64,000 nt of DNA from positions 6,742-70,741 of the IMG/VR virus record IMGVR_UViG_3300025645_000002; one strand, 5' to 3'. Source of the stretch: a virus. Each line of letters starts with the position of its first letter. Within the stretch, counting starts at the first letter, position 1. Under the pieces are notes generated by a model. That model was given only the letters and a program-made list of their open reading frames with translations. It made no database searches and was not told the origin of the DNA. Shown one piece after another: positions 38,196-49,572 of this stretch. A program made the translations under genes and the position numbers.

Positions 38196-39326
38196 TTACA
38201 GTCCTAGATTAGTCTTGAGGCTACCCATCAGACTGTTGATCTCTGCGTCACTCAGAGCTGTTGGTGGTGCCAGCCCTTCGTCTGTAGACTTCTGCAGCAT
38301 CCACGTATCGATCACCATTTTGGTCATCTTGGTTTCAGCATCACGCTTGTAGCTCGTGATCTGTTCTTTCTGCAGATCCTTCTGAACACCAACTGAACCA
38401 GTGACGGTTGTGGCATCGCGCCGGGTATCGAGTGTCTTTGCCCGGTTGCCTTCGATCTGCTCGTTGATGTTGTCGAGAGTCGCAGGCAGGATGAATGACC
38501 GGTTGTAGACCTTGCCTTGCGTGTCTTCCAAGACGCCTGCAACCTGAGATGTGAGCACATCAGAGAGCTGGTAATCTTTGATCGCGTTGTCTTTTGTCAG
38601 TCCGGCATTCTGCGACGGCAGGATATTGGCGGTCTGGTAAAGCAACTGGTCGACTTGTGCGACAGACTTGGAGATCTCGGATGTTGCAATCTCGATCTGC
38701 TTATCAAGGCGAACGCCTTCTTTCGGCAAGAGATTGATGGTCTCGTATTCGATCTTAGCCACGGACGCTTCGAGCTGCTCAATCGACACAGCTTCTGTCG
38801 TCAGTTTCATCTTGGTCAGGGCGTACTGTGTCTGTGCTGTCAGTGCATTGGCTCGTGCGTTAATCACGTCAGCCCGTGTCTGCTCAACCTGCAACGCAGC
38901 CATCGCTACGTTAGCCTCAGCAACGCGTGCCTGCATCTGTGCTAGGAGAGCCTGCATATACGCTTGATCGCGTCCTAGGAGGAACTGAACGGCTGTCCCG
39001 AGGGCACCTGTCGTGGCTCCCACGTAGGCCTGTGCATAGTCAGCTCCTGTGATGCGCCCCTTCTTGAACTGCACTTCGAATTGCGCGTTCAATGTCTGCA
39101 TCAGAACGTCAAAAACACCTGTGCCATCGACCGTGCCTGTTGTCAGGTCGTCGATCGTCAGCGCCGTAGGTGGGGTGTAGAGTGGATTGCCCAGGACAGT
39201 AGGTGGATCATAAATGCTCGCATTTAGATCAATGTCGGGAAGGGTGAGATCGACGCCAGCGGTCAGTGCCGAGAAGATCGTATTGGCGTGTCCAGTGGAT
39301 TCTGTGATTTCTGCTGCGTCTGTCAT
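38196..39326 (-). CDS. N4 gp54-like structural protein
   Basis: LTTGTVDGTGVFDVLM, GRITGADYA. Confidence 0.75.
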   Translation of the reverse strand: MTDAAEITESTGHANTIFSALTAGVDLTLPDIDLNASIYDPPTVLGNPLYTPPTALTIDDLTTGTVDGTGVFDVLMQTLNAQFEVQFKKGRITGADYAQAYVGATTGALGTAVQFLLGRDQAYMQALLAQMQARVAEANVAMAALQVEQTRADVINARANALTAQTQYALTKMKLTTEAVSIEQLEASVAKIEYETINLLPKEGVRLDKQIEIATSEISKSVAQVDQLLYQTANILPSQNAGLTKDNAIKDYQLSDVLTSQVAGVLEDTQGKVYNRSFILPATLDNINEQIEGNRAKTLDTRRDATTVTGSVGVQKDLQKEQITSYKRDAETKMTKMVIDTWMLQKSTDEGLAPPTALSDAEINSLMGSLKTNLGL

Positions 39327-39340
39327 CGTTCTCTTCTTTC

Positions 39341-39372
39341 AAAAAAGGCGCCTCTCGTAGTGAAAGGCGCCT
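39341..39372 (-). terminator. Intrinsic terminator of the capsid operon
   Basis: AGGCGCCT inverted repeat with a T-run on the - strand. Confidence 0.65.
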
Positions 39373-39398
39373 GTGTGTTTCCAATCTAGCCCAGCGAG

Positions 39399-39986
39399 TT
39401 ACTCATCGTCGTTGTAATCTCGGGCTTCCTGCATGCGACCAAGCTCTTTCAACTCTTCAGCTGTCAGAGGATCCAAAATATCAATGGAGAACTCAGGGAC
39501 CCAGCTCTGCTTGACAGTGTCCGGCTTTCCCAGTGTCTTTGACTTGATCGTACGGAGCTTCAGATATTTCCGGCTTTTCAAGTTGTCGTAGAGACACTTC
39601 TCGACGTGATATCCGTTCTCGGTGACTTCACCGTACGGAATGTATTTCTTCACTTCGCCGATGTATTTGTTGGCGACTGTGAAGATCTCACCGGGGACAT
39701 CATTCTTCTTCGGGTTCAGGTTTGAGACACGCACACGAATCAGCTTCAGCGCTTCTTTACGGACACGGATACGTGTCGCTGACTTGATCATGGCCGGTGT
39801 CATTTTGCTTGTGTCAGCTTCTGCAACAGGCTTCTCGCCGGAGAGCTTTTCGTCGATCTTCGTTTTCAGAGACTCGATACCAATCTTTGGGTGGTAGCCT
39901 ACGCCCATCTGGTCGGCGCGCTTCTTCAACAGCGTCAGCTCGTCCGGTGCGAGGTCTTTTTCTTCTACGATTACTTCATCAGTCAT
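39399..39986 (-). CDS. N4 gp55-like protein
   Basis: LKKRADQMG, NLNPKK, LDPLTAEELKEL. Confidence 0.75.
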   Translation of the reverse strand: MTDEVIVEEKDLAPDELTLLKKRADQMGVGYHPKIGIESLKTKIDEKLSGEKPVAEADTSKMTPAMIKSATRIRVRKEALKLIRVRVSNLNPKKNDVPGEIFTVANKYIGEVKKYIPYGEVTENGYHVEKCLYDNLKSRKYLKLRTIKSKTLGKPDTVKQSWVPEFSIDILDPLTAEELKELGRMQEARDYNDDE

Positions 39987-40057
39987 GGTGTAGACTTTCA
40001 TTGGGGGGTTGTGGGAAGGCCCCGGGCATTGCTGCCCGAGGCCGTGTCACTCAGGTC

Positions 40058-41254
40058 TTAGACCGGTGCGACTGTTTTGATCACCGCCATGCGCTCGTTA
40101 CGCAAGCCGAGGAAGCCGTAGTACCACTTGATGGAAGCGAAGCCGGTCTCACCGTAAGGATCGGTTTTGTCAGCAACTTTCTCACCTGGCATCTTCGTGA
40201 TGATTTTGAACTTGAAGCTCTTACCACCCGATTGGAAACCAATGGTTGTGAACGAACCTTCGCCAACGCAGAGCATCGGGAAGATGTCGTAGTTGCCGCC
40301 GGTCGCCATGTAGCCGGGGTTCGTTTGCTCGGCTGCACCAGCGCCTTCCCAGTGCTGCATCTCAGGAACAACAATGATACGGAATTCATCGACTGTGCCG
40401 ATTTCACCGTTCATGGTTGTACCTGCAGCATTTGCATACTGGTGGACAGGGATGAAGGCCGCATTACCGAACAGGTCAGTCATACCCTTTACAGTGGATT
40501 CCAGTTCGGAACCAATGTAGAGAACACGGCCCGCAGCGATCGTTTTCGTGTCGATCATACGGGAACCAGCAATGACCTTGGTCTGCTTCGGTGTACGGTT
40601 GTCGTTGAGAACACGGCTCAAGCGCATCAGGTCTTCGTAGGTGACGACGCTTGGGTCTGCGGTCTCGGTTGCACCACTGATTGTGATATCAGATGTTGCT
40701 TCACCAGTGTAAACAGTCACACCTGCGAAACCCAACAGGTCTTTCTGAAGCACGGCTTCAGTCAACTGGTTGGCGCCTGTGATCAGCTCACGAGAGACGT
40801 GCTGGTAAAGGTCAGCATCCGAATCAAAGTCAACGCTCTCTTGGGTCCATTCATGGAACATACCCATTTTCTCGATTGCGCCTTCACGCTGAATACGAGT
40901 GAAACCAACGCGGTTAACGCGGCCACCGTTCTCAGTCAGTGTTGGGATCTTGCCAGTGATCGTACCGACATCCTTCGAGGAACCATACAGGTTACCGTCA
41001 GCAATGGTCGTACCAGCAGCATCGATACCCTGATCGTTGTCATTTCGGACATCGAGCAAAGGAAGATAGTGGTAGACTTTGATCGTCTTGCCCATGTTCT
41101 TAGGCATAGAAACGACGTCAGCAAGTGGGCTGAAGTACATCTCTTTGGTGGCTTCAATCAAGGCTTTGCGCCAGTAGAAGAAGGTATTCATTTGCGAAGA
41201 GCCTGCACCTTCGATGGTGGATTCGGTTACGCCGGGTTCATTATAATTAGCCAT
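40058..41254 (-). CDS. Major capsid protein
   Basis: [35 protein letters not shown] (N4 gp56 pattern). Confidence 0.93.
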   Translation of the reverse strand: MANYNEPGVTESTIEGAGSSQMNTFFYWRKALIEATKEMYFSPLADVVSMPKNMGKTIKVYHYLPLLDVRNDNDQGIDAAGTTIADGNLYGSSKDVGTITGKIPTLTENGGRVNRVGFTRIQREGAIEKMGMFHEWTQESVDFDSDADLYQHVSRELITGANQLTEAVLQKDLLGFAGVTVYTGEATSDITISGATETADPSVVTYEDLMRLSRVLNDNRTPKQTKVIAGSRMIDTKTIAAGRVLYIGSELESTVKGMTDLFGNAAFIPVHQYANAAGTTMNGEIGTVDEFRIIVVPEMQHWEGAGAAEQTNPGYMATGGNYDIFPMLCVGEGSFTTIGFQSGGKSFKFKIITKMPGEKVADKTDPYGETGFASIKWYYGFLGLRNERMAVIKTVAPV

Positions 41255-41270
41255 TTGTAAAGTCTCTTTC

Positions 41271-42503
41271 TCAGACCTTGAGGGAGTTCATTGCCATAAT
41301 TTGGTCATCGGTCAGATCGAAGGGATCGATGGCCTTTCTGGCGGTTTTGCTGCCGTTGCTCGGTGTCGGTGACACTTTGCGGGCTGCTTCGCCATTCCGT
41401 ACGCTGCTCTTCAGCTTGCTTGGGGAGGCTTCACGTCGGCGGGTTACTTCTGCAGTCTGCGGAACCGGGGTATCTACAGCAGCTGGCTGTGGAGCGGGGT
41501 TCGGACTCAAAAGACCTGCGTTCTGGAGCTCATTCCCGGCCTGCTTATAGGCTTCGATGAACGGCATGTTGTTGAGGCGTCCCAATATCTGCTGTCTATC
41601 AATCTCAGCGGAGATTCGGGCATACAGCCCGTTTCCTCTGTGCTGGTCGATCAAGGACAAAATTGCTGGCTCTTTGTAAACGGCCTGCTTGCTCCGCTCA
41701 TCCCAGTCTTTGTTGATAACGGCGACAGTTTCTTTTCCGCCATCAGTGGCCATTACGCCATTGAGAGCTTCTGTGAACACCATCTCGTCATCACCAATAC
41801 TGTGATTCCCGGGTTTGTAGGTCGCTTCGTCGGAAGTATCGACATCCAGAGGATCGATCTTCGCATCTTTCAAAAGCTTCGCGACGGCGTCTGGCTTTTT
41901 CTTGTCCAGATCAATCAGGAAAGAAAGCTTCCCTTCGTCGAGTAGCTCATTCTTTTCGAGCATGCGGAGCAGCTTCATTTTTGGCTGAAGGCCCTGCATT
42001 TTCTTTGTATAGTTGGCCCCGAACTGCATGAGGCTTTTTACTTCCTCGGGGGAGCTCGGTGCGAAGTCACGCCCATTGGCACGAAACGGAGCCATGATTT
42101 GCTTGTAAAGCTCTTCATAGTTGACCGGCTTGTCAGACGTGTCAGTCTCGTCAGTGGAGGTTGTCTTCTCCTCCTTGTCGGACTTCTGCGTATCATCTAC
42201 GGCTGGGGCTTCTTCGCCCTCACCATTACCAGCATCGGCCTCGTCCCCAGAATCATCTCCAGGCTCCACAACCGGGGCGTCGACTTCTTCGTCGGACATC
42301 GCAGCGGCTTCTTCGAGGTCGGTTTCTGTTTCTGTGGGAAGCTCAGTATCATCTTCTGGGATAACCTCTGCTTCCGTGACTTCTTCAGCCACGGCTTCCT
42401 CTTCAACGTCTTCCGTAACAGCCATCGCGGGAGAAGTCATTTGCATAAGCTCCTCGTCGCTCAGCTCATTGAGGACTCGATCGTTTGATGTAGTTCCATC
42501 CAT
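41271..42503 (-). CDS. N4 gp57-like protein (scaffold/tape-measure annotation)
   Basis: Acidic N-terminus, [14 protein letters not shown]. Confidence 0.78.
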   Translation of the reverse strand: MDGTTSNDRVLNELSDEELMQMTSPAMAVTEDVEEEAVAEEVTEAEVIPEDDTELPTETETDLEEAAAMSDEEVDAPVVEPGDDSGDEADAGNGEGEEAPAVDDTQKSDKEEKTTSTDETDTSDKPVNYEELYKQIMAPFRANGRDFAPSSPEEVKSLMQFGANYTKKMQGLQPKMKLLRMLEKNELLDEGKLSFLIDLDKKKPDAVAKLLKDAKIDPLDVDTSDEATYKPGNHSIGDDEMVFTEALNGVMATDGGKETVAVINKDWDERSKQAVYKEPAILSLIDQHRGNGLYARISAEIDRQQILGRLNNMPFIEAYKQAGNELQNAGLLSPNPAPQPAAVDTPVPQTAEVTRRREASPSKLKSSVRNGEAARKVSPTPSNGSKTARKAIDPFDLTDDQIMAMNSLKV

Positions 42504-42520
42504 TATCGAAATCCTCCTAT

Positions 42521-42847
42521 CTACTCGTCACCGTTTTCAATGAAATCGCGCTCACTCTCGAGATCGTCCATTGTTTGCTTCGCCATATTTGCGGCAACGC
42601 CGATCAGCTTCAGATACTGCTGTAGGTGCGAGATACCGCTGATACAGCTTTGGATCTCGTCCCAGTAATTCTTCAGGGCAGGGTCCGCAGAGACGCTGAC
42701 GAGGCGCACGGCTTCATCATTGAAGTAACCATCGGTGATGATTTTCTTGAACTCGCGGTTGTTCATCAGCTTGGTCAACGCATCACCTTTAGCGACAAGT
42801 TTCCGGGCTTCGTCCATCGAGAGTTCGATCTGTTCGATATCATTCAT
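42521..42847 (-). CDS. N4 gp58-like protein
   Basis: Synteny; FKKIITDGYF..EAVRLV. Confidence 0.7.
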   Translation of the reverse strand: MNDIEQIELSMDEARKLVAKGDALTKLMNNREFKKIITDGYFNDEAVRLVSVSADPALKNYWDEIQSCISGISHLQQYLKLIGVAANMAKQTMDDLESERDFIENGDE

Positions 42848-42971
42848 CTTCTTCTGCTTTCTCTAATTGGGTGTAGCTAGAATGCACCTCCCACCCAATC
42901 ACATCACACCACACCAGTCTATCTTGTAACCAGTGAGGGAAATTCTTCACAATTTGCCTCTATTTGAGTCT

Positions 42972-45122
42972 TTATGACGCTTTAGCTGCCTGCTGAATCG
43001 CTAATGCTGACATGATGTCCTGATCACGTGGTCGCTTCTCTGGCGCCACCAAGAGGGCTTTGCTGATCGAGTGTAGCTGGTTTGCCTCAGCCTGCGCTTC
43101 CGACTTCTGGATATCGCGGGCCTGCTTTGTTCCACTTTCCTGCTCCAGGAAGTCCAGATCTTTGATATCCGCATTCGACGCTGTCTCGCGTGCTTTGGCT
43201 TCCAACAGACGTGCCTTGGCCTGCGTCTCTGCAATCTCGACTTCAAGCTTCGCGATCTCGAGTTCTTGCATCTTTTGAGCCAAGGGATCTGGTTGCGGCT
43301 GGTATTCCTTCAAAGCATGCAGGAGAACCGGCATACGCTTGAGGCGTGCAAACTCTGTCAGCATGATCTGCGTGATCTCGAAGGGCAGGGTGTTTCCTAG
43401 CGTCTGCATCATGAAGCCAATGTCTGCGGCTTTTGCCTCTTCGATCTCTGGTGTCGTGATATCGACGGTCAGATCGTACTCGCCTTGGATGTCTTTCAGA
43501 CGCACAGTGATGAACTCGTCATTCGTGACGCGTACCGTCTCCTCTTCGGACAGGAACGCTTGGTTCATCGAAATCATCTTCTTACCGATGCGTTCCATGC
43601 CACCTGCGAAACGTCGCAGAATGCCCATCTCACGCTTCGCCGTTGCATCCAGAATGCCCCGGATACCTGCGGCCACTTCACCGTAGGCCTCGCCGGAGAT
43701 ACCGCCAGAGAAGCTCTTTACGCCGGACATGGCTTCTGCTTCTTGGTTCTGGAGATTCAGCATGTTGAATGCCGACACTGGTAGCTCAGGGAAGGTGTGC
43801 TCTTTGATGCCCATGTCGGGCGTTGTCTGTGGGTTGAAGTCGTAGTCTTCGCCTCGCTCAAAGCGCCGCTTGTTGACGGTGTCCAGCATTCCCTTCATCG
43901 TGCCGCGCTGTCCGTTTGCAGAACGACCCAACAGGTCGATCATGCCCCGTGTCACAGCACCCAGAATGTCTTGGTTGTCTTCCAGAAGAGCTGCATCAGG
44001 TTCGCCTGGGATCTGCTTACGCACTGGCATGTAGGTCACGGCAACCAATGGGATCTTCTTGTCAGGGTAGGGGTTCTCTTCCATCCGGACCAGGACATCC
44101 CCGATCCATGTGGCCACAATCGGCATCAGGATACCGGTCTTGTTGATGTCCCAGAAACCCCAGTATTCGTAGGCGATCACGGGACGACGCAGATCATCTT
44201 TGTACTGTGCGGTCTCGTCTGTATTCGTCTGGTGCTCGGAATCAGTCAGCGGCGTGTTCGAAGACCAGTTCACCTGTTTCAGGTTTGAATACCGACCATC
44301 TTTGTTCAACTTCGCTTGTGAGGTTTCAAACGAGATGATGGCAAAGTTTGCCTTATCCACGTCACCCTGTGCAGCGGGATCCAAATGTACATTCTCGAAA
44401 TCCACGATATCGAGGGTAGGGTGGTTCTTGACTGTCCGCTCTTCTTCGACCGTCTCGTGTTCAGTGATCACTGCGAGGAACGGAGCTCCCACCTCCATGG
44501 TGTACTCTACGCTTGCTTGGATCTCTTCAGGAAGTTCCCCAAAGCCTTGCGGGTTCGTCTGCATGATCTTAATAGCAGACTCGAGCGCCTCAATCTGTGC
44601 AGGGTCTTGAGTCGGGCTGTACGTGAATACAGGAACCTCGACCTCTTCGATAACGCTCTCGTAGATCCAACCGGGCTTGACGTAGACTGTACCTTCGTCG
44701 ACGCCAGTCCGCACATATTCATCGATGAACGCAACGCGATTGATGTAAGTGCTGAACTGGTGGTTCAACAGTTTCTCGTTCTGAACCGCGCCTGGTTTGT
44801 CTTCCCAGCTCTTGGGGCTTACGGCCCACTGCTCTTCGGATGCAAGGAACGGCTCTGACAACGCCGAGTAGCGCCATTCATTCTGGCGCCGTACAAGCTT
44901 CGGTTGGACCGACGACCGGTTTGGGCGCTTCTTGATTGCTTTCCCGTTGGTGACATTCCGCACGTCACGCCAGTCCTGTACCTTTTGCACAGAGGCGTCG
45001 TGGGTTGGCTTCGACATATCCAGATCTGCTTTCAGATCCATCAACGACGGTTCATTTTCCCACTCGGTCAGTTCAACCACTTCAGTGTCATCAATCTCAT
45101 CATTCGTGTTGTCATCAAACAT
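42972..45122 (-). CDS. Portal protein
   Basis: RSSVQPKLVRRQNEWRYSALSEPFL (N4 gp59 pattern). Confidence 0.92.
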   Translation of the reverse strand: MFDDNTNDEIDDTEVVELTEWENEPSLMDLKADLDMSKPTHDASVQKVQDWRDVRNVTNGKAIKKRPNRSSVQPKLVRRQNEWRYSALSEPFLASEEQWAVSPKSWEDKPGAVQNEKLLNHQFSTYINRVAFIDEYVRTGVDEGTVYVKPGWIYESVIEEVEVPVFTYSPTQDPAQIEALESAIKIMQTNPQGFGELPEEIQASVEYTMEVGAPFLAVITEHETVEEERTVKNHPTLDIVDFENVHLDPAAQGDVDKANFAIISFETSQAKLNKDGRYSNLKQVNWSSNTPLTDSEHQTNTDETAQYKDDLRRPVIAYEYWGFWDINKTGILMPIVATWIGDVLVRMEENPYPDKKIPLVAVTYMPVRKQIPGEPDAALLEDNQDILGAVTRGMIDLLGRSANGQRGTMKGMLDTVNKRRFERGEDYDFNPQTTPDMGIKEHTFPELPVSAFNMLNLQNQEAEAMSGVKSFSGGISGEAYGEVAAGIRGILDATAKREMGILRRFAGGMERIGKKMISMNQAFLSEEETVRVTNDEFITVRLKDIQGEYDLTVDITTPEIEEAKAADIGFMMQTLGNTLPFEITQIMLTEFARLKRMPVLLHALKEYQPQPDPLAQKMQELEIAKLEVEIAETQAKARLLEAKARETASNADIKDLDFLEQESGTKQARDIQKSEAQAEANQLHSISKALLVAPEKRPRDQDIMSALAIQQAAKAS

Positions 45123-45134
45123 TGGTTTGTCTTT

Positions 45135-45824
45135 CTACCCTGCGTGCCGGGCTGCGTAATCTGAGAGGGATGTGCCGTAGGCGTCAGCCGGGTTGTATTG
45201 CCCGTTTGACTCCAGATACCGCTGCATGCCGTTACGACCTCCCAAGTGGGCGATTGCCCGCAAGGAGTTCATGGAGAGTGCTGCACCATTCACTTCGCGT
45301 CCGACGTAGCTGTTGAGGCCGCGGTCTTTGATGTAGTTGTCGATGTCATTGAAATGCCAATTCGTTGCAGCGACTTGTGCATCGTCATTTTGTGCGAACT
45401 CTTCCGCCGTCATCTGCCCGATAGCACCGCCTGCGATCGCATCGGCAAGACGGCCCCTTGAGAATTGAACCAAACCGAAGTGGCCTTTTCCGCCGGACCC
45501 TTGGACGTCATTGGTTGCTTGGAAGTTCCCGCCGGATTCTGTTTGAATGAGGCTACGGGGAACATTCTCCCCGAAACCGCGCTCGCCCCAGCTGTCTGCT
45601 GGTGCCACGGCCCCTTGCGGATTCCACGCACCCAAGGTTTCCCCATAGGACGCTGGTCCAGCTGCCAACTGCTGGCGCTCCTGCGCAGCGCCGCGTTGGC
45701 GTCCTTGCTCAGCATTAAAGGAGAGCTGTTGAGCTGCTGTTCCAATCTGCTGTTCGGATCTCTGTTGTGCTTGGGTCACCATATCGGAGAACCCAGAGAA
45801 ATCCATTTGTGGTGCTGCAAGCAT
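45135..45824 (-). CDS. Lysozyme-like / lytic transglycosylase (candidate endolysin or virion lysin)
   Basis: TESGGN catalytic Glu, GLVQF, AHLGG. Confidence 0.65.
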   Translation of the reverse strand: MLAAPQMDFSGFSDMVTQAQQRSEQQIGTAAQQLSFNAEQGRQRGAAQERQQLAAGPASYGETLGAWNPQGAVAPADSWGERGFGENVPRSLIQTESGGNFQATNDVQGSGGKGHFGLVQFSRGRLADAIAGGAIGQMTAEEFAQNDDAQVAATNWHFNDIDNYIKDRGLNSYVGREVNGAALSMNSLRAIAHLGGRNGMQRYLESNGQYNPADAYGTSLSDYAARHAG

Positions 45825-45919
45825 GAAAGCTCCCTTTCGATCTGTTCCCACCATATTCAAAAGGCGGAAAACACTGAAACGCCCAGCGGAGGCGGGAATT
45901 GTTGATTGTACTCTCTCGG

Positions 45920-46174
45920 CTAGAACCGGTAGGTGAGACCAAGCCCGTATGGCACTGCTGATACATGACCAAATTCCTGTTGGTACACATGGGTCGGAAA
46001 CCCCTGGTCATCCCTCATGTTGCCGATGTTGTCGTGGATCGATCCTTGTGGACCTGCCGGAAAGGTCATCCCGTTCACATAAAGCTGCGGTTGAAGTTGT
46101 CCTGCACCGCTGCCCAAGGGCGCGCATGCGCCAAGCATAGGAATGACCGAAAAGAGGGTGATAAAGTATCGCAT
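45920..46174 (-). CDS. Small lipoprotein
   Basis: Signal peptide ending in an LGAC lipobox; AGGAG RBS. Confidence 0.55.
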   Translation of the reverse strand: MRYFITLFSVIPMLGACAPLGSGAGQLQPQLYVNGMTFPAGPQGSIHDNIGNMRDDQGFPTHVYQQEFGHVSAVPYGLGLTYRF

Positions 46175-46182
46175 ATTCACTC

Positions 46183-47079
46183 CTAGAATGTGGTTATGAG
46201 GAATTGGGCATCGTCATATGAAGCGTAATTGTAGCTGGCCCAGCCGGTGCTGTTCCCGCTGGCCCTCTCGCGGTCGAACTGGATTGTTGTTGAATTGATC
46301 GCGCGAATTCTGACGTTCTCCATCCATGAGGACCCGTCGATGTCGTTACGCCAGTTCGAGAAGAAGTCGCAGTTGATCCAGATGTCACTTGTCACCAGCG
46401 GCACCCGCAGTGTCTTGTCTACCACGGCACCTGTCGTGATGATGCTTTGCGCTTCTGCTGCGGTAAGGCTGATCGTGTCCCTGAATGTTGCAATCTCACG
46501 GGCGGTATCGAAGGTCAGCGCGCCTGACGGATCAAACCTGCGTATACCGTAGTTCCCGTCAGGCGTTGGGAGGTCTGTCGAAACAACCTTGTATTGCAGT
46601 GCTTCTGCCTCGGGTACATCTTTGCTCATACAGACATACGCGCCAAGGTGGGGCGTGACCCTTTCGGTCCCCGCCTCATTAAAGTTGCAGATGTACTGTG
46701 TCGCTCTGATCAAACCGTTCGTAGGTAATTTGAAGAACACAATGTCATTGAAGTTCTCGGACGCGCTCACATAACCCATCGTCACTGACCCATTGTATGC
46801 CCATTGGATCGTAGGCATTGATGCTCCAGCGATACGGATTCTGTCGAAAGTTTCTGTAAAGCCGGTCTGTAAGTTTAGGGCTATGAGATTGTCACATTGG
46901 GTGATGTAGGAACTGAACGGGCAGAATCTCCTTTGTTGCTTGTTATTGGTTGATAGGGTGAAAGGTATGTCCGTTGAACTAAAGCATGTGCCTTCACTCT
47001 TCAGATAATAGGTAAAACCCTCGGTCTGATCGACCAAGTTGTCATTGAATTCGTTTCTAAGAGCGATGCCAAATGTCAT
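46183..47079 (-). CDS. Tail-associated protein
   Basis: MTFGIALRN, YGIRRFDPSGALTFDT pattern typical of tail-tip accessory proteins. Confidence 0.6.
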   Translation of the reverse strand: MTFGIALRNEFNDNLVDQTEGFTYYLKSEGTCFSSTDIPFTLSTNNKQQRRFCPFSSYITQCDNLIALNLQTGFTETFDRIRIAGASMPTIQWAYNGSVTMGYVSASENFNDIVFFKLPTNGLIRATQYICNFNEAGTERVTPHLGAYVCMSKDVPEAEALQYKVVSTDLPTPDGNYGIRRFDPSGALTFDTAREIATFRDTISLTAAEAQSIITTGAVVDKTLRVPLVTSDIWINCDFFSNWRNDIDGSSWMENVRIRAINSTTIQFDRERASGNSTGWASYNYASYDDAQFLITTF

Positions 47080-47083
47080 GCTG

Positions 47084-47500
47084 TTACCTGTGATGAATGA
47101 ACTTGATGCGGGTCGGCGGGTTCCTGTCCATGACATCACTCGAACTGGCGCCGTCGATTGTTTTTTGAGGCTCTGTGTTCGCCGTGACGGTCATTATCTT
47201 TGTGGTGTTATTCCAAGACACGACGGGGTTTCTGGACCCCATTAACTGCGGCTGCGGGTTCCCCGATTGGCTCCATGTCTCGGTATCGGCAACCGGAGAC
47301 CATACCCCTGAAAGTCGCTTAAAGCGGGTCAGGTACGGGGTGATGGTCCAGAAGCCCAAGTCGCTGTCAAATGCGGGAACTGATAGTGTCCCTGACCACT
47401 GGTCTTCAATCCTTTGAGAGAAAATCAGCCGTGCCACGCCGTCCGTTGAACTGATCAACTTCGAGCCATTTGCGCGATATGCTTCAAAGCCGTAAGCCAT
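47084..47500 (-). CDS. Tail-associated protein
   Basis: MAYGFEAYRANG N-terminus; coupled to the upstream tail gene. Confidence 0.6.
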   Translation of the reverse strand: MAYGFEAYRANGSKLISSTDGVARLIFSQRIEDQWSGTLSVPAFDSDLGFWTITPYLTRFKRLSGVWSPVADTETWSQSGNPQPQLMGSRNPVVSWNNTTKIMTVTANTEPQKTIDGASSSDVMDRNPPTRIKFIHHR

Positions 47501-49572
47501 TAGGTCAGGTCCCCAATGACTACGCGGAGAGTATCGGTTTCATCGTAAACCTCGATCTTTGCGTCTGATATGACTACGCGCTCACCCGTCACCGCACTAG
47601 CAAACGTCCCAAGCACAGCGGAGATCGCGGAAAGACTGGTGACGTTCATACGATCTGCGGTCACGCTCCCGGTCTTGATGGTTGCACCATCAATGACCGT
47701 GCGCCCATAATTGGCTTGGAGCTGAGATCCACCCTTATAGGTGGCCAAGATGACGCGATCAGATCCATAGGCTGTCGCGAGCGTTGTTGTGGATACAAGA
47801 GTTGATCCACCCTGGTCCCAGTAAACGTATTGCGTACCTGCGGTCCATGTTGCAGATCCGGCTGCAATGCTTTGCGTTACTGCAGTTCCAGCATTGTCGA
47901 TGTACGAGATCGTACCAGCGGTCCAACTGACTTGGTTCGCGCCCGGAGAATTGAATTCGAACTGAAGATCGGTGACCGACAAGTTCCGGTTCCCCACGGT
48001 CAGTTTGTTCGTCGCGATTGTATTTGCCGACACAGCGCCGCCGTCGATCTTTGTTGTGTCGCCGCCGCGGCGCCAATCAGACAGTGTGGTCTCACCGGAG
48101 ATCGTCACTTTACCGGCTGTGATCGCCCCGAGGTTTCCCTCCTGAATGATCGCTTCACCTGTCACAGTGTGTCCCACGGATGTTGTGTAATTCGAGGCAT
48201 TCTGGAATCGGTCATGTGCTCTCACGCGCACCGTGTAGGACGCGCCCGGAGCTGCTTCAGCCGACCACCTATTTGTAGCAACACCAAAGACGACTTCATT
48301 TCCGCCGTTCTGTGAAACTGCAACATCGTAGCCCACCACACCCTCCGCGGCGGGTATGTTCCATGTCGCTGAGATTTTATAACGGATGCCGTCGACATCT
48401 TCCGATGTGACGTTCACGCCCGTTGGGAGGTCTGGCGCTGTGGAGTCTATCTCATCGAACACGGCTGCCCGCGCTTCGAAGGCTTCAGTCACATCCACTA
48501 TTTCCAGTACCCCGAGGCGCAGTGTGCCGTCAGTGGCTCCGGCTACGTTTTGACGCACGAACGGGAAGATCTTGATTGCGCTGGTTGCCCCGGTAAGATC
48601 CAGAACAGTCTTTCCTGTCAACCGCGTCAAGAAGTCCGCAGAACCAGTCATGTAGATGTACGCCTGCTGCTCACCTACGCCTGCCGTATAGGTCGTTGGA
48701 GCCAACTCGTAAGTGGTCCCTGGCTGCCATGCTGTTGCACCAAACCCGAGGGAGACGCCGCCCATTGTCCCGTTGGATGTCACACGGAACCGCAGCATCA
48801 CCCGATAAACTCGATCGGGATCAAAAATCAGCCCGAGCATCGGACCAATCTTCTTATCGCCCGCCGGGAACTCGTAAGCCTCTCCGTACACAGCGTCGTC
48901 TTCGTAGAAGTCTCCGGGGACAGGGGGTGTTTTGGTACTCAATAGTGCCGCGTCAGGTGTAGTTGTCCAAAGACCAACCGGTGTCCGCATCAGCGCGTAA
49001 GACAACGGCTGTGCAATTCGCACAGCTTCTGCAACCACGGCGTCAAGGCCACCCGCTACCGTCGCGTGCCCGAGTCCCGCGAGGGCTACATCCAACTCAG
49101 ACTGTGTTGAGCTGTTCGCGGATGACAGGCTACTTATCAGGTTTGTCAGGTTTGGTATCTCTACGTTGTAGAGCTGATCATTAGTGACATTAATCGCATC
49201 TCGCTCGACACCGAATTGGGTGAGATCCGCAAGAAGATTATTCACCGTATCTGTGAACGCTGCCTCGAACGTAGGCTCGTACAGATCCACTTGACTACTG
49301 ACTTCATTGGCAATCAGGCTGTTTAGGTTCACTGTGATGCTGTTGATTGAGTTGGTGAGAGCCAATCGTAAGAGCTCGACCTTTTCGTCGGTGTAGAGTG
49401 TACCGTCCAGCCCCGTTTGGAGAATGCGTGTCAGGGCCGTGTTGGCGGAGACCTGCGCATTATCTGCATCATCCTGAGACGCATCGATCCGCACAGAGTG
49501 CAGAGCGAGCGAGTCCAGTGTCTGCTGGCTAAAAGCGGTAAACTCGTTGTCGAGCTCTATCAGCGTTGGCAT
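47500..49572 (-). CDS. Tail/host-specificity protein with an FN3 domain
   Basis: FN3-like ATWN..GYDV..YTVRVRAHD, gpJ-like C-terminus SLSAISA...LRVVIG. Confidence 0.7.
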   Translation of the reverse strand: MPTLIELDNEFTAFSQQTLDSLALHSVRIDASQDDADNAQVSANTALTRILQTGLDGTLYTDEKVELLRLALTNSINSITVNLNSLIANEVSSQVDLYEPTFEAAFTDTVNNLLADLTQFGVERDAINVTNDQLYNVEIPNLTNLISSLSSANSSTQSELDVALAGLGHATVAGGLDAVVAEAVRIAQPLSYALMRTPVGLWTTTPDAALLSTKTPPVPGDFYEDDAVYGEAYEFPAGDKKIGPMLGLIFDPDRVYRVMLRFRVTSNGTMGGVSLGFGATAWQPGTTYELAPTTYTAGVGEQQAYIYMTGSADFLTRLTGKTVLDLTGATSAIKIFPFVRQNVAGATDGTLRLGVLEIVDVTEAFEARAAVFDEIDSTAPDLPTGVNVTSEDVDGIRYKISATWNIPAAEGVVGYDVAVSQNGGNEVVFGVATNRWSAEAAPGASYTVRVRAHDRFQNASNYTTSVGHTVTGEAIIQEGNLGAITAGKVTISGETTLSDWRRGGDTTKIDGGAVSANTIATNKLTVGNRNLSVTDLQFEFNSPGANQVSWTAGTISYIDNAGTAVTQSIAAGSATWTAGTQYVYWDQGGSTLVSTTTLATAYGSDRVILATYKGGSQLQANYGRTVIDGATIKTGSVTADRMNVTSLSAISAVLGTFASAVTGERVVISDAKIEVYDETDTLRVVIGDLT

